39,700 bases of DNA from Leptospirales bacterium (GTDB lineage Bacteria > Spirochaetota > Leptospiria > Turneriellales > JAOUFE01): contig JBEQLE010000039.1 of NCBI GenBank assembly GCA_040326155.1, positions 1-39,700 on the forward strand, given 5' to 3'. A program made the position numbers and the translations under genes. The notes beneath the pieces are model-generated. The model did no database searches, was not told the DNA's origin, and saw only the letters and a program-made list of their open reading frames with translations. Positions 26,190-35,983 of this stretch are shown one piece after another. Position 1 is the stretch's first letter. The number at the start of each line of letters is the position of its first letter.

Positions 26190-29165
26190 TTATCGATCAA
26201 TACGAACACGCAGTCGCCTTGCTCGCTCTCGAAATGCAGTCTCACCTCCTTCCAAGATGTCACATACAGCTTTTCGAATTGATGCGTTTTCTAGTCCACC
26301 GGCCCGGTAACTGATCGGGGGAAGACCACCTACATGATGCGGCCCAGCTTCAGCAATAATAATCTGATCAGCATCTGTGTTAATAACTAAATTAGCATTA
26401 TGAGTAACCATAATTACTTGACGCTTAGCTTTTGCAGCAATAAATAATGGCACAAGTTCTTCATTTACAGAATTAGGGTCTAAATTTTCTTCTGGCTGAT
26501 CTATAATCAATGGTCGATCGTCAGACTCATCCAAAGCAAGGTATAGTAGTAAAAGAACGATACCACGTGTTCCTGGAGAAAGTTTTCGAATATCAATTCC
26601 ATCGTATAGTATTTCATATTGAACCAATATATGATCAGTACCATATAACCAATGCGCAAATTGTTTCAACCACATTCTGTAATCAGCTTGTTGCGATGGG
26701 GAATAAGGAGCATGTTTGAACAAATCTTTCTGGTAAATGGCGATGAACTTGCTAATGGTATCTTGAATTTCTGACGCGGAACCTGTCTCCCATATTTGTT
26801 TAAGCATCTTTTCAGCAACCTCAGTCAAAGTTCCACGACCGTTGAATGGACCAGCCTTTCGGAGATCAAGAAGGTTTAACTCAGCAAAATTACCCCATTC
26901 ATTAACATCAACTATTCGGCGAACGTTAAAGCTGAGCTTACTTAATGTACCAGAGGTTGCTGAGAGTCGTTTCATTAACGGGTCATAAAGTTCAGCAAGA
27001 GTCGCCTGTTCTTTGATGATCGCCTCAAATATCCGTCTGTAGACATCTTCACGCTCGGACTGCAACGCCTTCCTACGATCGTTGGCACCCAATGCATCAG
27101 CTAGTTTCTCTTTAAAATTATTTAAGGCTGAATTCTCTTGTTCTATTCGTTTGGTCAGTGCACTGTATTGATCGCGAACCAACTTGTCCGCGCTGAACAA
27201 CGCTTCTAACCTCGTCATTTCAGCGATAATGATTGATAAATTTAACGTATTGAGATCAACATCATCAGATATTAATGGAGTGTTCGGATCCGCCGCTTGA
27301 ATCGGTGGGCCGTTAAGCTTTGCAACATTCTTATTAGCCCAATCAACATAACCACTGAGGCTTTTATCTACATCACCTTTATAGATAAGCAGGAATTCGG
27401 CCCATTGATCAGCGTCAAGGCCACTCTGGTTGTGTCGTTCTTGCGCTTGGCGAAGCAACTCAGGGCACTTTGTTGCACGTGTGCTAGCCACCTCATCCTG
27501 CAATGTAATGAAAGAACGATGTTGGTTCATAAAATTGCCGATTTTACTTCTTAGAGATTGGGCAGCCTCTGTAAGTTGCTCGTGCCGTTGAACCTGTGCT
27601 TGTGTACCCTTTACAGCAAGTTTTGCAAGGTCCGCACTATAGTCTCGGATCAATTTTTCTTTCTGTTCAACTTGCTTAGAAAGTGTTGCAATTGATCTCT
27701 CTTTCTCGAATTCAATAGCAATACGGTCAGAAATATCAGAGAGTGCACTTTCTTCACGTTCACGAGCCTGCTTAAATCGCAGAGTGCGCTGTTCTCGGAA
27801 TTCAGAGAAATTTATGGCACCCTCACGCTCATCCATCTGATGTGCTTCAAGGATGACTCTTTCGATTTCTTCAATGAGACCATCTGAAATACCATTTGAC
27901 GAGCAAAGCTCTTCAACAAATTGCTGGGATAGATATCTGGCACGGGGAAATGAAAGATGACTGTTCTCATCTTGACCAGCGAGTGATCGTTTTGACTCAT
28001 CACCGCCACACCAAGAGAGTGTGATAAATGCATTGCCAACAACAGGCCTCGCGCGGGCCAAAAAGGATGGACTGTTCCCTTCATTTGTGGTCCAAGTCGA
28101 ATTTGAAATGGAGTCACAACCCGCGGCAACCATATCTGCGAGAGCTGTTTTTCCAGATCCCCTGGCACCTATGATTGCAATTAAGCCAGGATTGAAAGGG
28201 ATTTCAGGAGTTTTGGCCCAACTTGCATTCGCTATTGATATGTGCGAAATAACTTGAGATTGCGTTGCGGAGAGAGGTGGTTCCGAACCTACGAATGCCC
28301 GTCCTTCTGGGTCGATACATGCTTGCCGCAAAGCATCAAATTCCAAACCACCCTTGATCCAACAAAATCGGTTCTCGATGGGCTTTCCGACTGTATTTAG
28401 TTCGTGCGCATCACTACCGTGAAGACAGGGCTTGGGGCCATTATAGCGTTCGCGCAATGAATCGATTTCAACGCTACGCTGCCCAAGCCAGAATTCCCTT
28501 TGGGCTGGGCTGCTCGCAAAAATGATGTGAGCAAACTTCTCAATTTCTTGACGTATAGTAGCGTCAGCTGCCTGGCGTACACCTGAAGTACCATCGCCTT
28601 CTGCTCCGGCAACTGCAATGAGGATGTTATTTTTCGCCCATTGACTATCCTGATATACATCACGCAACTGCTTAAAGTTGACTTTGAATTGGGTGGACCC
28701 ATGCTGTAGAGCGGTGCGGTTGTTAGTAATTTTGGAGTCTGCTTGCTTCCCAAGTCTTATTAGTTCTTTTCGCGTACAATCAAAACAATCGCCATATGCT
28801 TGAAATTGTAATCGCCCCAAAATTCTTTGAAGTTCATCTACGTGTTCGGGATCTTCGGGGCTAACCAACAGGTGGATATTAACGAAGCCAGTTTTTGCCG
28901 CTACATCTAATCGAAGTTCGACATTAGGGAATACTAACTGAACGTCAGGAAGGCGGCCGTCATCCATATGTTTCAGTACCTTTTCGTATGTGTCAGTAAT
29001 GTAATATTCAGTAACAGCAACAGCCTCGATTTTTGGAACAGCACCTTCAATAGCGGTGAAGTATTTATCCCAAGGATCATCACCATCAAACTGATTGTTG
29101 AGTGTTGTGCCGGGAGCATGAACATGGGGCTCCCAGCGTTTCCATTGTGAACCTCGGTTTAGCAT
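26190..29165 (-). CDS. PHP-domain + SMC/ABC-type ATPase (TrlF/Ppl-like)
   Basis: RGSQWKRWEPHVHAP, NVELR, HGSDAH (PHP); GARGSGKT, coiled coil, LSPGTRG, PLIIDQPEENLD, VTHN. Start at MLNRG is chosen for SD AAGGAG (ORF track start 29192). Confidence 0.88.
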   Translation of the reverse strand: MLNRGSQWKRWEPHVHAPGTTLNNQFDGDDPWDKYFTAIEGAVPKIEAVAVTEYYITDTYEKVLKHMDDGRLPDVQLVFPNVELRLDVAAKTGFVNIHLLVSPEDPEHVDELQRILGRLQFQAYGDCFDCTRKELIRLGKQADSKITNNRTALQHGSTQFKVNFKQLRDVYQDSQWAKNNILIAVAGAEGDGTSGVRQAADATIRQEIEKFAHIIFASSPAQREFWLGQRSVEIDSLRERYNGPKPCLHGSDAHELNTVGKPIENRFCWIKGGLEFDALRQACIDPEGRAFVGSEPPLSATQSQVISHISIANASWAKTPEIPFNPGLIAIIGARGSGKTALADMVAAGCDSISNSTWTTNEGNSPSFLARARPVVGNAFITLSWCGGDESKRSLAGQDENSHLSFPRARYLSQQFVEELCSSNGISDGLIEEIERVILEAHQMDEREGAINFSEFREQRTLRFKQAREREESALSDISDRIAIEFEKERSIATLSKQVEQKEKLIRDYSADLAKLAVKGTQAQVQRHEQLTEAAQSLRSKIGNFMNQHRSFITLQDEVASTRATKCPELLRQAQERHNQSGLDADQWAEFLLIYKGDVDKSLSGYVDWANKNVAKLNGPPIQAADPNTPLISDDVDLNTLNLSIIIAEMTRLEALFSADKLVRDQYSALTKRIEQENSALNNFKEKLADALGANDRRKALQSEREDVYRRIFEAIIKEQATLAELYDPLMKRLSATSGTLSKLSFNVRRIVDVNEWGNFAELNLLDLRKAGPFNGRGTLTEVAEKMLKQIWETGSASEIQDTISKFIAIYQKDLFKHAPYSPSQQADYRMWLKQFAHWLYGTDHILVQYEILYDGIDIRKLSPGTRGIVLLLLYLALDESDDRPLIIDQPEENLDPNSVNEELVPLFIAAKAKRQVIMVTHNANLVINTDADQIIIAEAGPHHVGGLPPISYRAGGLENASIRKAVCDILEGGETAFRERARRLRVRIDR

Positions 29166-29268
29166 TCTTTCTCCTTTGTCTAATGATGTCATTTCGTTTC
29201 AAATTCAATATAAAACATATTAATATTTAGTATCTGAAATATTCTGGAATAATCAATAATGTACAGTA

Positions 29269-29296
29269 ATTTTAAATTATTTAAGCGCATTGTCAA
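29269..29296 (-). promoter_or_regulatory. Sigma70-like promoter for the PHP-ATPase gene
   Basis: TTGACA-16 bp-TAAAAT on the minus strand. Confidence 0.55.
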
Positions 29297-29360
29297 CATC
29301 TATCTTTTTTCTTGCGAGCCCAGGACGGGCGAGCCTTTCGAATCTCTGCGTTTATTGCAT

Positions 29361-29377
29361 TAACAAATTTTATCTGT
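29361..29377 (+). repeat. Truncated start of the attC-like repeat
   Basis: TAACAAATTTTATCTGT is identical to 25854-25870; a related GCCCAGGACGGGC hairpin lies at 29318-29330. Confidence 0.6.
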
Positions 29378-29404
29378 ATTGTGACATTGGACCTGATGGT
29401 CCAT

Positions 29405-30922
29405 TCATAATTCTGTTTCATTTCTAATCAAAAGTATATTTCTCGTTCCCAGTATTAACAAAAACTTGTTCTCAGGAGACCATACCGGAGGATGAACTCC
29501 CATACCTTTGTAGGAGGTGCCAAAGTGCCAATAAGGCAAATCTAAAATTTTAGTCTGGGTACCCGCTTTCACATCTGCAATAAATAACTCAGGTGGCTTC
29601 ATGTTGCCGGGTTCTGTATTCATCGCAGTGAAATATGCAATCTTGTTCTGATCTGAGCTTACTTTAAAATACCTCCCTTTAACAAGTGTTGTAGGTTTTA
29701 TTTCCCCTGTTCGCAAAGTAAGTTCTAGAACATCGGTTCCACTTGGAAACGCAAGTAGAGCAGTTTTATTATTTAGCTGTTGAAAATCAGCAGGAAAGAC
29801 CCAGTTCTCTCTTTTCTTTTTCCACACGATTTTCTTTTTTACTACATCAAAAAGAATCATCCATGAATCACCCGATTTCATTGTAATTCCTGCCAGGAAT
29901 TTTTTTCCATCTTCAAGCCAACCTATGGGAGACTGGTTTTCTTCGAAATAATCGGGAAAATATTTTTCCATATTAAAATGTTCTCCGAAAGTCAATACTG
30001 CATCATTTTTTATATCATAAATTTCCATTGAATTTGTTGACTCATCTCCATATTGAAACACAATATAATTCTTTTTGGGTGACAGCTGGCCTTGCCAGGA
30101 AGAAAACATTGGCGCCCCTTTCTTTTCGACTCCGGTTTTTAAGTCATATCTGAGAATGGGATACACAGTGCCCTCCCATGAATGTGCTTGAAGATACACA
30201 GCCAGATTTTCTGATACAATAACGAAACTTCCATGACGAAAGTTGTTTGTTGAAAAAGTTTTGTTCATTATATTACGCGATTTACGGCTCTTCGTATTAA
30301 GTAAAAATGTGGCTTTATCCGTAGAATAAAGTAGTTCGCCTGACGGTAAAAATCCGAGTATATTTCCGAACCACATATTTTCATGTGTAATTGGTTTTTC
30401 CAGCGAATTCAGTTTAACTATGGCAAAGTGATTTATGCTTTGTATAGCCAGGGTTTTCCCTGTTGGGGAAAACAGTGCAAACACCGAAGTCCATGGCGCA
30501 TTACTCACGGCGCTCTCCGGGTATGCATTAATAATAAATGCTTTTGAACTGATGCTTTTAAGTGTATAGGGTACAGGTAAATCGACAAGGTAGGCAGAAA
30601 ATACCCAGCCTTTATCTTTTTTATTATTTAGTTTTGCTACACGATACCAGTAACCAGTTTTTTCTTGGATGGTAATCTGTTCCTTCGTTTCTTCCAGCAC
30701 TACTACTTTTTCACCTTGCATTATCTTACTATTTGCAGGCGAATGGAGTGAAGCGTTTCGGCGTAAATTTAAATATCCATCTGTAATATTACAGATCATT
30801 ACTTTGTTATGCACTTTATGACTTTGTGCATAAATTAATCTGGTACAATTTTGCACTAGAACAGTCAGGACTAAAACTAGAATAATATTCTTTCGCATAT
30901 TTAACAATAATATTAAATTCAT
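29405..30922 (-). CDS. Exported SH3b-domain protein with TolB-like beta-propeller
   Basis: LNLRR..GEKV.V..GYWYRV..GWVFSAYL (SH3b); FSPTGK, LSPKKNYI, VSSDQNKIAY, WSPENK repeats. Confidence 0.8.
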   Translation of the reverse strand: MNLILLLNMRKNIILVLVLTVLVQNCTRLIYAQSHKVHNKVMICNITDGYLNLRRNASLHSPANSKIMQGEKVVVLEETKEQITIQEKTGYWYRVAKLNNKKDKGWVFSAYLVDLPVPYTLKSISSKAFIINAYPESAVSNAPWTSVFALFSPTGKTLAIQSINHFAIVKLNSLEKPITHENMWFGNILGFLPSGELLYSTDKATFLLNTKSRKSRNIMNKTFSTNNFRHGSFVIVSENLAVYLQAHSWEGTVYPILRYDLKTGVEKKGAPMFSSWQGQLSPKKNYIVFQYGDESTNSMEIYDIKNDAVLTFGEHFNMEKYFPDYFEENQSPIGWLEDGKKFLAGITMKSGDSWMILFDVVKKKIVWKKKRENWVFPADFQQLNNKTALLAFPSGTDVLELTLRTGEIKPTTLVKGRYFKVSSDQNKIAYFTAMNTEPGNMKPPELFIADVKAGTQTKILDLPYWHFGTSYKGMGVHPPVWSPENKFLLILGTRNILLIRNETEL

Positions 30923-31131
30923 AATGGCGATGCGTCAATAACTTTTATCGACTCAGACGTAACCGCATGGGCCAGTTTCCTTGTTTTTACTGGCATTTTA
31001 TAAAGCCATATTGTTGAAATATCGATAGACTTATTTTTGACACAATTAGAATAGATATAAATCATTATCCGACCCTGGTGAAAAGTCGACCTTACTGCTA
31101 GAACGGACTCGGGCGATTCAACACGAATCTA

Positions 31132-32385
31132 CTACCTGGGTAAGGCAAACAAATACTTTACGATATCGTTTGAGGAACTACTGTTATAGATTGCCAGCAC
31201 TCCGTCAAAGGCTGCCCAGTCTACGTTGTCATTGGGAATTACAAAATGCAGGGAGGTGCCGGTGGTTGGCCACTTGACTCCATCGAGGTCGGTAAGGGTT
31301 GTTTTGTCATAAATATTTTCTGTAGTAATACTGCCAGCAGTGACGGCCAGTTCAGTCAATGAATTACCACTTGAGGCGAAAACGACTCGATACGTTGACG
31401 TCCCATTATTCCATTTTATGGCTGGTTCAGACTCACGCTCCATGGCCGAGTCGACAGCTTGTTGCAAAGTGACACTGTTCGTAGCGGGGTCGATTAAAAA
31501 GACTTGTGTTTTACTGTTTTTCTTTACAAAAACAATAAATCGATTTATAGAAGTTAACCATTTACAGTTATAGTAATATTGACTGATGTTATCTAGTAAG
31601 TGAATTTTCGGGCTCAATGCGATTGTGCCACTATCGGTTAAAATATTTGCAAAGAAAGAGTACCCGTCTCCATAAACTAAAATGGCCCGGTTGTTATCAT
31701 CCGATGCAAGAACCGGCCACCAGTGATCTAAATTTACACCTGTGACAGGTAACGTTTGTAATAAGACGCCATTGACGTCAATGTACTTTACCATCACTCT
31801 GGCATACTTTGCCGGAGCAGCCTCGTCCGCATAGGCCAAAAGGAACCCCCCTGCTAAGGTTGTTACGCTGGCTGAATGTTGTGAACCGCTCGCATTGGTT
31901 ATGTTCCAGTTGTTTTTAAGTATCGTTCCATTTGAGTTATATAAAATACCATGCACATCTATGCTGCTTCCGCTTCCATCTTCCCACCCTGAAAACAAAA
32001 CAGTCCCGGAGCGAGTTGTACTTACGGGTTCTTGCGCCTCGTCTTGCCCATTGCCTACGAAGCGATAGGCCGCTACAACTTCAACAAATGATTTATCCTG
32101 GTTTATGGAAATAATGGTTCTATAAATATCGTGTTCCCAACCATTCTTGTAAGCGCTCGACCATGTTAATTGGTATTGTTGATTTCCTGAATCTAGAATT
32201 TGTGCGCTGTGATTAAATTCACGATCATCTTGCGTAGAAGAGCTTCCCTTCGAGGAATTGTCGTTTTGACAACTCATCGTTATAAAAATAATAAAAAATA
32301 AATAACCACTCTTTGTCGAAATATATTTGCACATATTTTTTAACATACCACCGAATATATACTTTTTTGGAATAAATTTCAACAT
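31132..32385 (-). CDS. Putative lipoprotein, beta-rich, unknown function
   Basis: FFIIFITMSC lipobox-like segment then an S/T linker; start codon uncertain. Confidence 0.7.
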   Translation of the reverse strand: MLKFIPKKYIFGGMLKNMCKYISTKSGYLFFIIFITMSCQNDNSSKGSSSTQDDREFNHSAQILDSGNQQYQLTWSSAYKNGWEHDIYRTIISINQDKSFVEVVAAYRFVGNGQDEAQEPVSTTRSGTVLFSGWEDGSGSSIDVHGILYNSNGTILKNNWNITNASGSQHSASVTTLAGGFLLAYADEAAPAKYARVMVKYIDVNGVLLQTLPVTGVNLDHWWPVLASDDNNRAILVYGDGYSFFANILTDSGTIALSPKIHLLDNISQYYYNCKWLTSINRFIVFVKKNSKTQVFLIDPATNSVTLQQAVDSAMERESEPAIKWNNGTSTYRVVFASSGNSLTELAVTAGSITTENIYDKTTLTDLDGVKWPTTGTSLHFVIPNDNVDWAAFDGVLAIYNSSSSNDIVKYLFALPR

Positions 32386-32487
32386 TAGTTAAGACGATCT
32401 TCTTCTCATTTCCATATTTTGCCCCCTTCTTGCTGTTTTGATTATTTTTTTTACTGGTCATTTTGTGTCAAAATTCCACTATTTTGC

Positions 32488-33129
32488 ATGAGATTTAAAC
32501 TTTCCAAAAGCAGAGTATTCGTTGGTTTTATTTTATCATGCGCATTTTTTACAACGATTGCGGCAGTTGAAAAGAAAACTCCCGATTATTCGAATTATCC
32601 CAAAGACACTAAGGACGTTAAAAACCCGGTAGACACGAAAGATCCTGTGGTGAAAAATCCAGATGTTAGAAAAGTCGCCGAAAAGGTTATCATTCGCAGC
32701 ATTGTTACGTTAGGCTCTCGCGATGTTCTCGAAGGTTCTATTATATTGCCCAAAGAGTTTACTTTTCAACATTATAAAAATGGTCTTACCTATACAAAAA
32801 AAGTTCAAGCGAAAGAGCTGAAATCGGTTAAAATAAGCGCTTATGAGCTACGAAAAAAAGTGGCGACAAATAACGGAACTTTTTATGAGTTTGAACCCTC
32901 TGAAATATTGGTCACTCTGCATGATAAAACTGTTTTTCATCTAGACACGATATTTCCGTTTTTGCGAAGTTTTCAGTTTAAAAGTCAATATGGGGTAACT
33001 AGATTATATACTTATTTTGGAGACACGTTTACAAATTCCGGCTGGACTCATGTGAAGAGTAAAGATCTTGATTACCATTTGAAAATTGGACACCCGGCTG
33101 CGGTGCAAACAATTACATTTATGAAGTAG
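32488..33129 (+). CDS. Exported hypothetical protein
   Basis: ORF 32419-33129; ATG 32488 gives a signal peptide (MRFKLSKSRVFVGFIL..IAA). Confidence 0.65.
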   Translation: MRFKLSKSRVFVGFILSCAFFTTIAAVEKKTPDYSNYPKDTKDVKNPVDTKDPVVKNPDVRKVAEKVIIRSIVTLGSRDVLEGSIILPKEFTFQHYKNGLTYTKKVQAKELKSVKISAYELRKKVATNNGTFYEFEPSEILVTLHDKTVFHLDTIFPFLRSFQFKSQYGVTRLYTYFGDTFTNSGWTHVKSKDLDYHLKIGHPAAVQTITFMK

Positions 33130-33193
33130 GATATTTACGAGATACCGATTACAAAAAATAAAACCATTTAAATTATTTCCCATGATGCTTATA

Positions 33194-33232
33194 CTTCGCA
33201 GAGTTCACACTTTTGCGTAAGACCCTGCGAAG
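33194..33232. terminator. Hairpin between convergent genes
   Basis: CTTCGCAG/CTGCGAAG stem between stops at 33129 and 33242. Confidence 0.4.
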
Positions 33233-33241
33233 CAATAATGA

Positions 33242-34291
33242 TTATTTCCAGACTTTATCTTCCAGAAAAATCGCGCTAATATTTTCTTTCGGTGTTACGT
33301 CAAAACTGTAATTTAATGCTTTAACTTTAGCCGCATGCCGAACTCCCTGGCACTCGAAAACTTCGTTTGGATCGCGTATTTCGATGGGAATTTGTTTTCC
33401 CGTTTTAACATTTTCATCCACAGTGGAACGCGGTGCTATTACAAAAAATGGCACTTTGAACTCTTTTGCTAAAATAGAAAGACCGAAGGTTCCAATTTTG
33501 TTGGCTGCGTCACCGTTGGCTGCAATCCTGTCTGAACCGACAATTACGAAATCGATCTGTTTGTCGCGCATAAGCACAGCTGCCATGGAATCTACAACAA
33601 GTGTTGCCGGTATTCTCTCTTTTTCAAGTTCGTATGAAGTTAAACGAGCGCCTTGCAAGTAGGGTCTGGTTTCATTCGAATAAACCATTTCTACTTTATT
33701 GCGAGAATGTAAAACCCGTATAAGACCGACTGCTGTGCCAATTCCACCGGTCGCAAGAGCGCCTGCGTTACAGTGAGTCATAATTCGGTACTTATCTTTT
33801 TTAATTTTTTTCTCTATGTAGTCGGCGCCAATTACGGACATTTTCCAACAACGTTGTGCATCGTCTTCATGAACTTCCGTTGCCGCATTATACATGGCCA
33901 ATAAAAAAGGTAGATAGTTTTTATTTGATCCGATTTTCGAATCACTTAATAGTTCTATGGCTTTTTCATACATGAGTTGACTTGCCCACATAAGGTTAAT
34001 TGCCGTTGGGCGAGACTTGTCGAGCGTATTTTTTATTTTTTGCAAGCTCTTTTCGGTAATTTTTTTACCGGCCTTAATCTGGGCGTGAACTCCAAGGTAA
34101 AAACCATAGGCGGCGGCTACTCCGATGGCCGGGGCTCCGCGAACATGCATTTTCTGAATTGATTCAGCCGTATCTTTTTCATTTTCACATCGCACCCATT
34201 CGGTTGCAGTGGGTAATAAAATCTGATTTAATACCTGAAGGTGGTCTCTCTTCATTTTTAAAGGGACTGTTTTTGGGTGGGGTTTAATCAT
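33242..34291 (-). CDS. mtnA: S-methyl-5-thioribose-1-phosphate isomerase
   Basis: VRGAPAIG, SRPTAINL, MTHCNAGALAT, ETRPYLQGARLT, GDAANKIGT, FDVTP. Confidence 0.96.
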   Translation of the reverse strand: MIKPHPKTVPLKMKRDHLQVLNQILLPTATEWVRCENEKDTAESIQKMHVRGAPAIGVAAAYGFYLGVHAQIKAGKKITEKSLQKIKNTLDKSRPTAINLMWASQLMYEKAIELLSDSKIGSNKNYLPFLLAMYNAATEVHEDDAQRCWKMSVIGADYIEKKIKKDKYRIMTHCNAGALATGGIGTAVGLIRVLHSRNKVEMVYSNETRPYLQGARLTSYELEKERIPATLVVDSMAAVLMRDKQIDFVIVGSDRIAANGDAANKIGTFGLSILAKEFKVPFFVIAPRSTVDENVKTGKQIPIEIRDPNEVFECQGVRHAAKVKALNYSFDVTPKENISAIFLEDKVWK

Positions 34292-34352
34292 TATATTTTC
34301 CTTTTTTGGCTTCTTTTTCGTTATTCTGGTTTTAGGTTGTCTTTATTTTCTT

Positions 34353-35894
34353 TTATTTTTTTCTTAACAAGGGGAATAAAATTACATCGCGAATAGACGG
34401 GGCGTTAGTAAAAAGCATTACCAGTCGATCAATTCCGATACCAAGCCCACCGGTAGGCGGTAAGCCAACTTTAAGTACATCGATAAAATCTTCATCAAAA
34501 GCGATAGTCTCTTCTTGACCGGCATCTTTCATTTTTCCCTGTTCTTCAAAACGGGCGAGTTGGTCGTAAGGGTCGTTCAACTCTGTAAACGCATTTCCCA
34601 TTTCGCGACCGCATATATATGGCTCGAACCGTTCTACCAGATGATCATTTCCTGGTATATTTTTGGCAAGCGGCGACATGGCTTTTGGAAAATTTGTTAT
34701 TAGAATGGGCTGAATTAATTCAGGCTCGGCTTTCTCAGAAAAAACCTCGTCAACAACTTCCCAGAAGGTGTGTAATTTATCAACTTTTAGTCCGATGGAA
34801 CCAGCCATCTCTTTGGCTTTTTCAACAGACGGTTCTGATTCTAATAAAAAAGGGTTAAAATCGAGACCGCTTTTTTCTTTAATAATGTCAAGATATGGTT
34901 TTCTTTCCCAGGGGGTTGTTAAGTCAATTGTATGTTGTCCGTATTGTAACTTGTTGGAACCAATAATCGTCTCCGCCAGATGAGAAAACAGAGACTCGGT
35001 GTGTTCCATCATATCGGAATAATCGGCGTAGGCCTGGTACACTTCGAGCATGGTAAATTCCGGGTTATGTTTAATGCTTATTCCCTCGTTTCTGAAGTTC
35101 CTGTTTAATTCAAAAACGCGATCGAAGCCTCCGGCTACTAATCTTTTTAAATACAATTCCGGAGCTATGCGTAGAAAAAGCGGCATGCCCAGAGTATTAT
35201 GAAAGGTCTCAAAAGGACGAGCTGCGGCTCCCGATGCCACAGATTGCATCATAGGAGTCTCAACTTCCATAAAATCTTTATCTATAAAGTATTTACGAAT
35301 TTCACTTATTATACGAGAGCGAAGAATAAACGTCTCTTTGACTTCCGGGTTTACCAGCAAATCGAGATAGCGTCGTCGATACCGGGCCTCTACATCAGAA
35401 AATTCATCAAACCGTTTTCCATCTTTTTCTTTTACCACAGGTATCGGAAAAAGATTTTTAGCCAACATGGTGACCTCTTTCGCTCGAATAGATTCTTCAC
35501 CGGTTTTTGTCCGAAAAGGTTGTCCTTTAATTCCAATTATATCGCCAATATCAATTTTTTCAAATACAAAATGGTCGTTTTCTGATAACAGTTTATTGTT
35601 GGAGTATACCTGAATTTTTCCTGAATGGTCCTTTAGAGAAAGAAAACCGGCCTTACCCATCGCTCGTTTTCCAAATACCCTTCCGGCAATGGAAACTTCA
35701 CCTTCTTTAATTTCTTCTTCATTAAAAAATGTTTTTATAATTTCTTTAACAGAAGAATCAGGTTTATACCTGTTTGGATATACATCAATTCCGCGCTCAA
35801 CCAGGGCGTGGTACTTTTCTTCTCTTTGAACAAAAGCCTCCGATTTTTTATCTAGCTCGGAATTTTCTATTTCTTCAGGGGAATCATCAGACAT
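34353..35894 (-). CDS. lysS: Lysine--tRNA ligase (class II)
   Basis: RYRRRYLDL, GAAARPF, LRIAPELYLKRL, FRNEG, HNPEFTMLE, GLGIGIDRL; start at MSDDS preferred over the 35996 extension. Confidence 0.97.
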   Translation of the reverse strand: MSDDSPEEIENSELDKKSEAFVQREEKYHALVERGIDVYPNRYKPDSSVKEIIKTFFNEEEIKEGEVSIAGRVFGKRAMGKAGFLSLKDHSGKIQVYSNNKLLSENDHFVFEKIDIGDIIGIKGQPFRTKTGEESIRAKEVTMLAKNLFPIPVVKEKDGKRFDEFSDVEARYRRRYLDLLVNPEVKETFILRSRIISEIRKYFIDKDFMEVETPMMQSVASGAAARPFETFHNTLGMPLFLRIAPELYLKRLVAGGFDRVFELNRNFRNEGISIKHNPEFTMLEVYQAYADYSDMMEHTESLFSHLAETIIGSNKLQYGQHTIDLTTPWERKPYLDIIKEKSGLDFNPFLLESEPSVEKAKEMAGSIGLKVDKLHTFWEVVDEVFSEKAEPELIQPILITNFPKAMSPLAKNIPGNDHLVERFEPYICGREMGNAFTELNDPYDQLARFEEQGKMKDAGQEETIAFDEDFIDVLKVGLPPTGGLGIGIDRLVMLFTNAPSIRDVILFPLLRKK

Positions 35895-35983
35895 AAGCTT
35901 AAAAAGCTTTTTGCGATGTAGTGTAAAGAAAATTGTTGGTACAGGAATAGCTTTATAAGGGAAGCAGAAATAGGCGTTATCTG

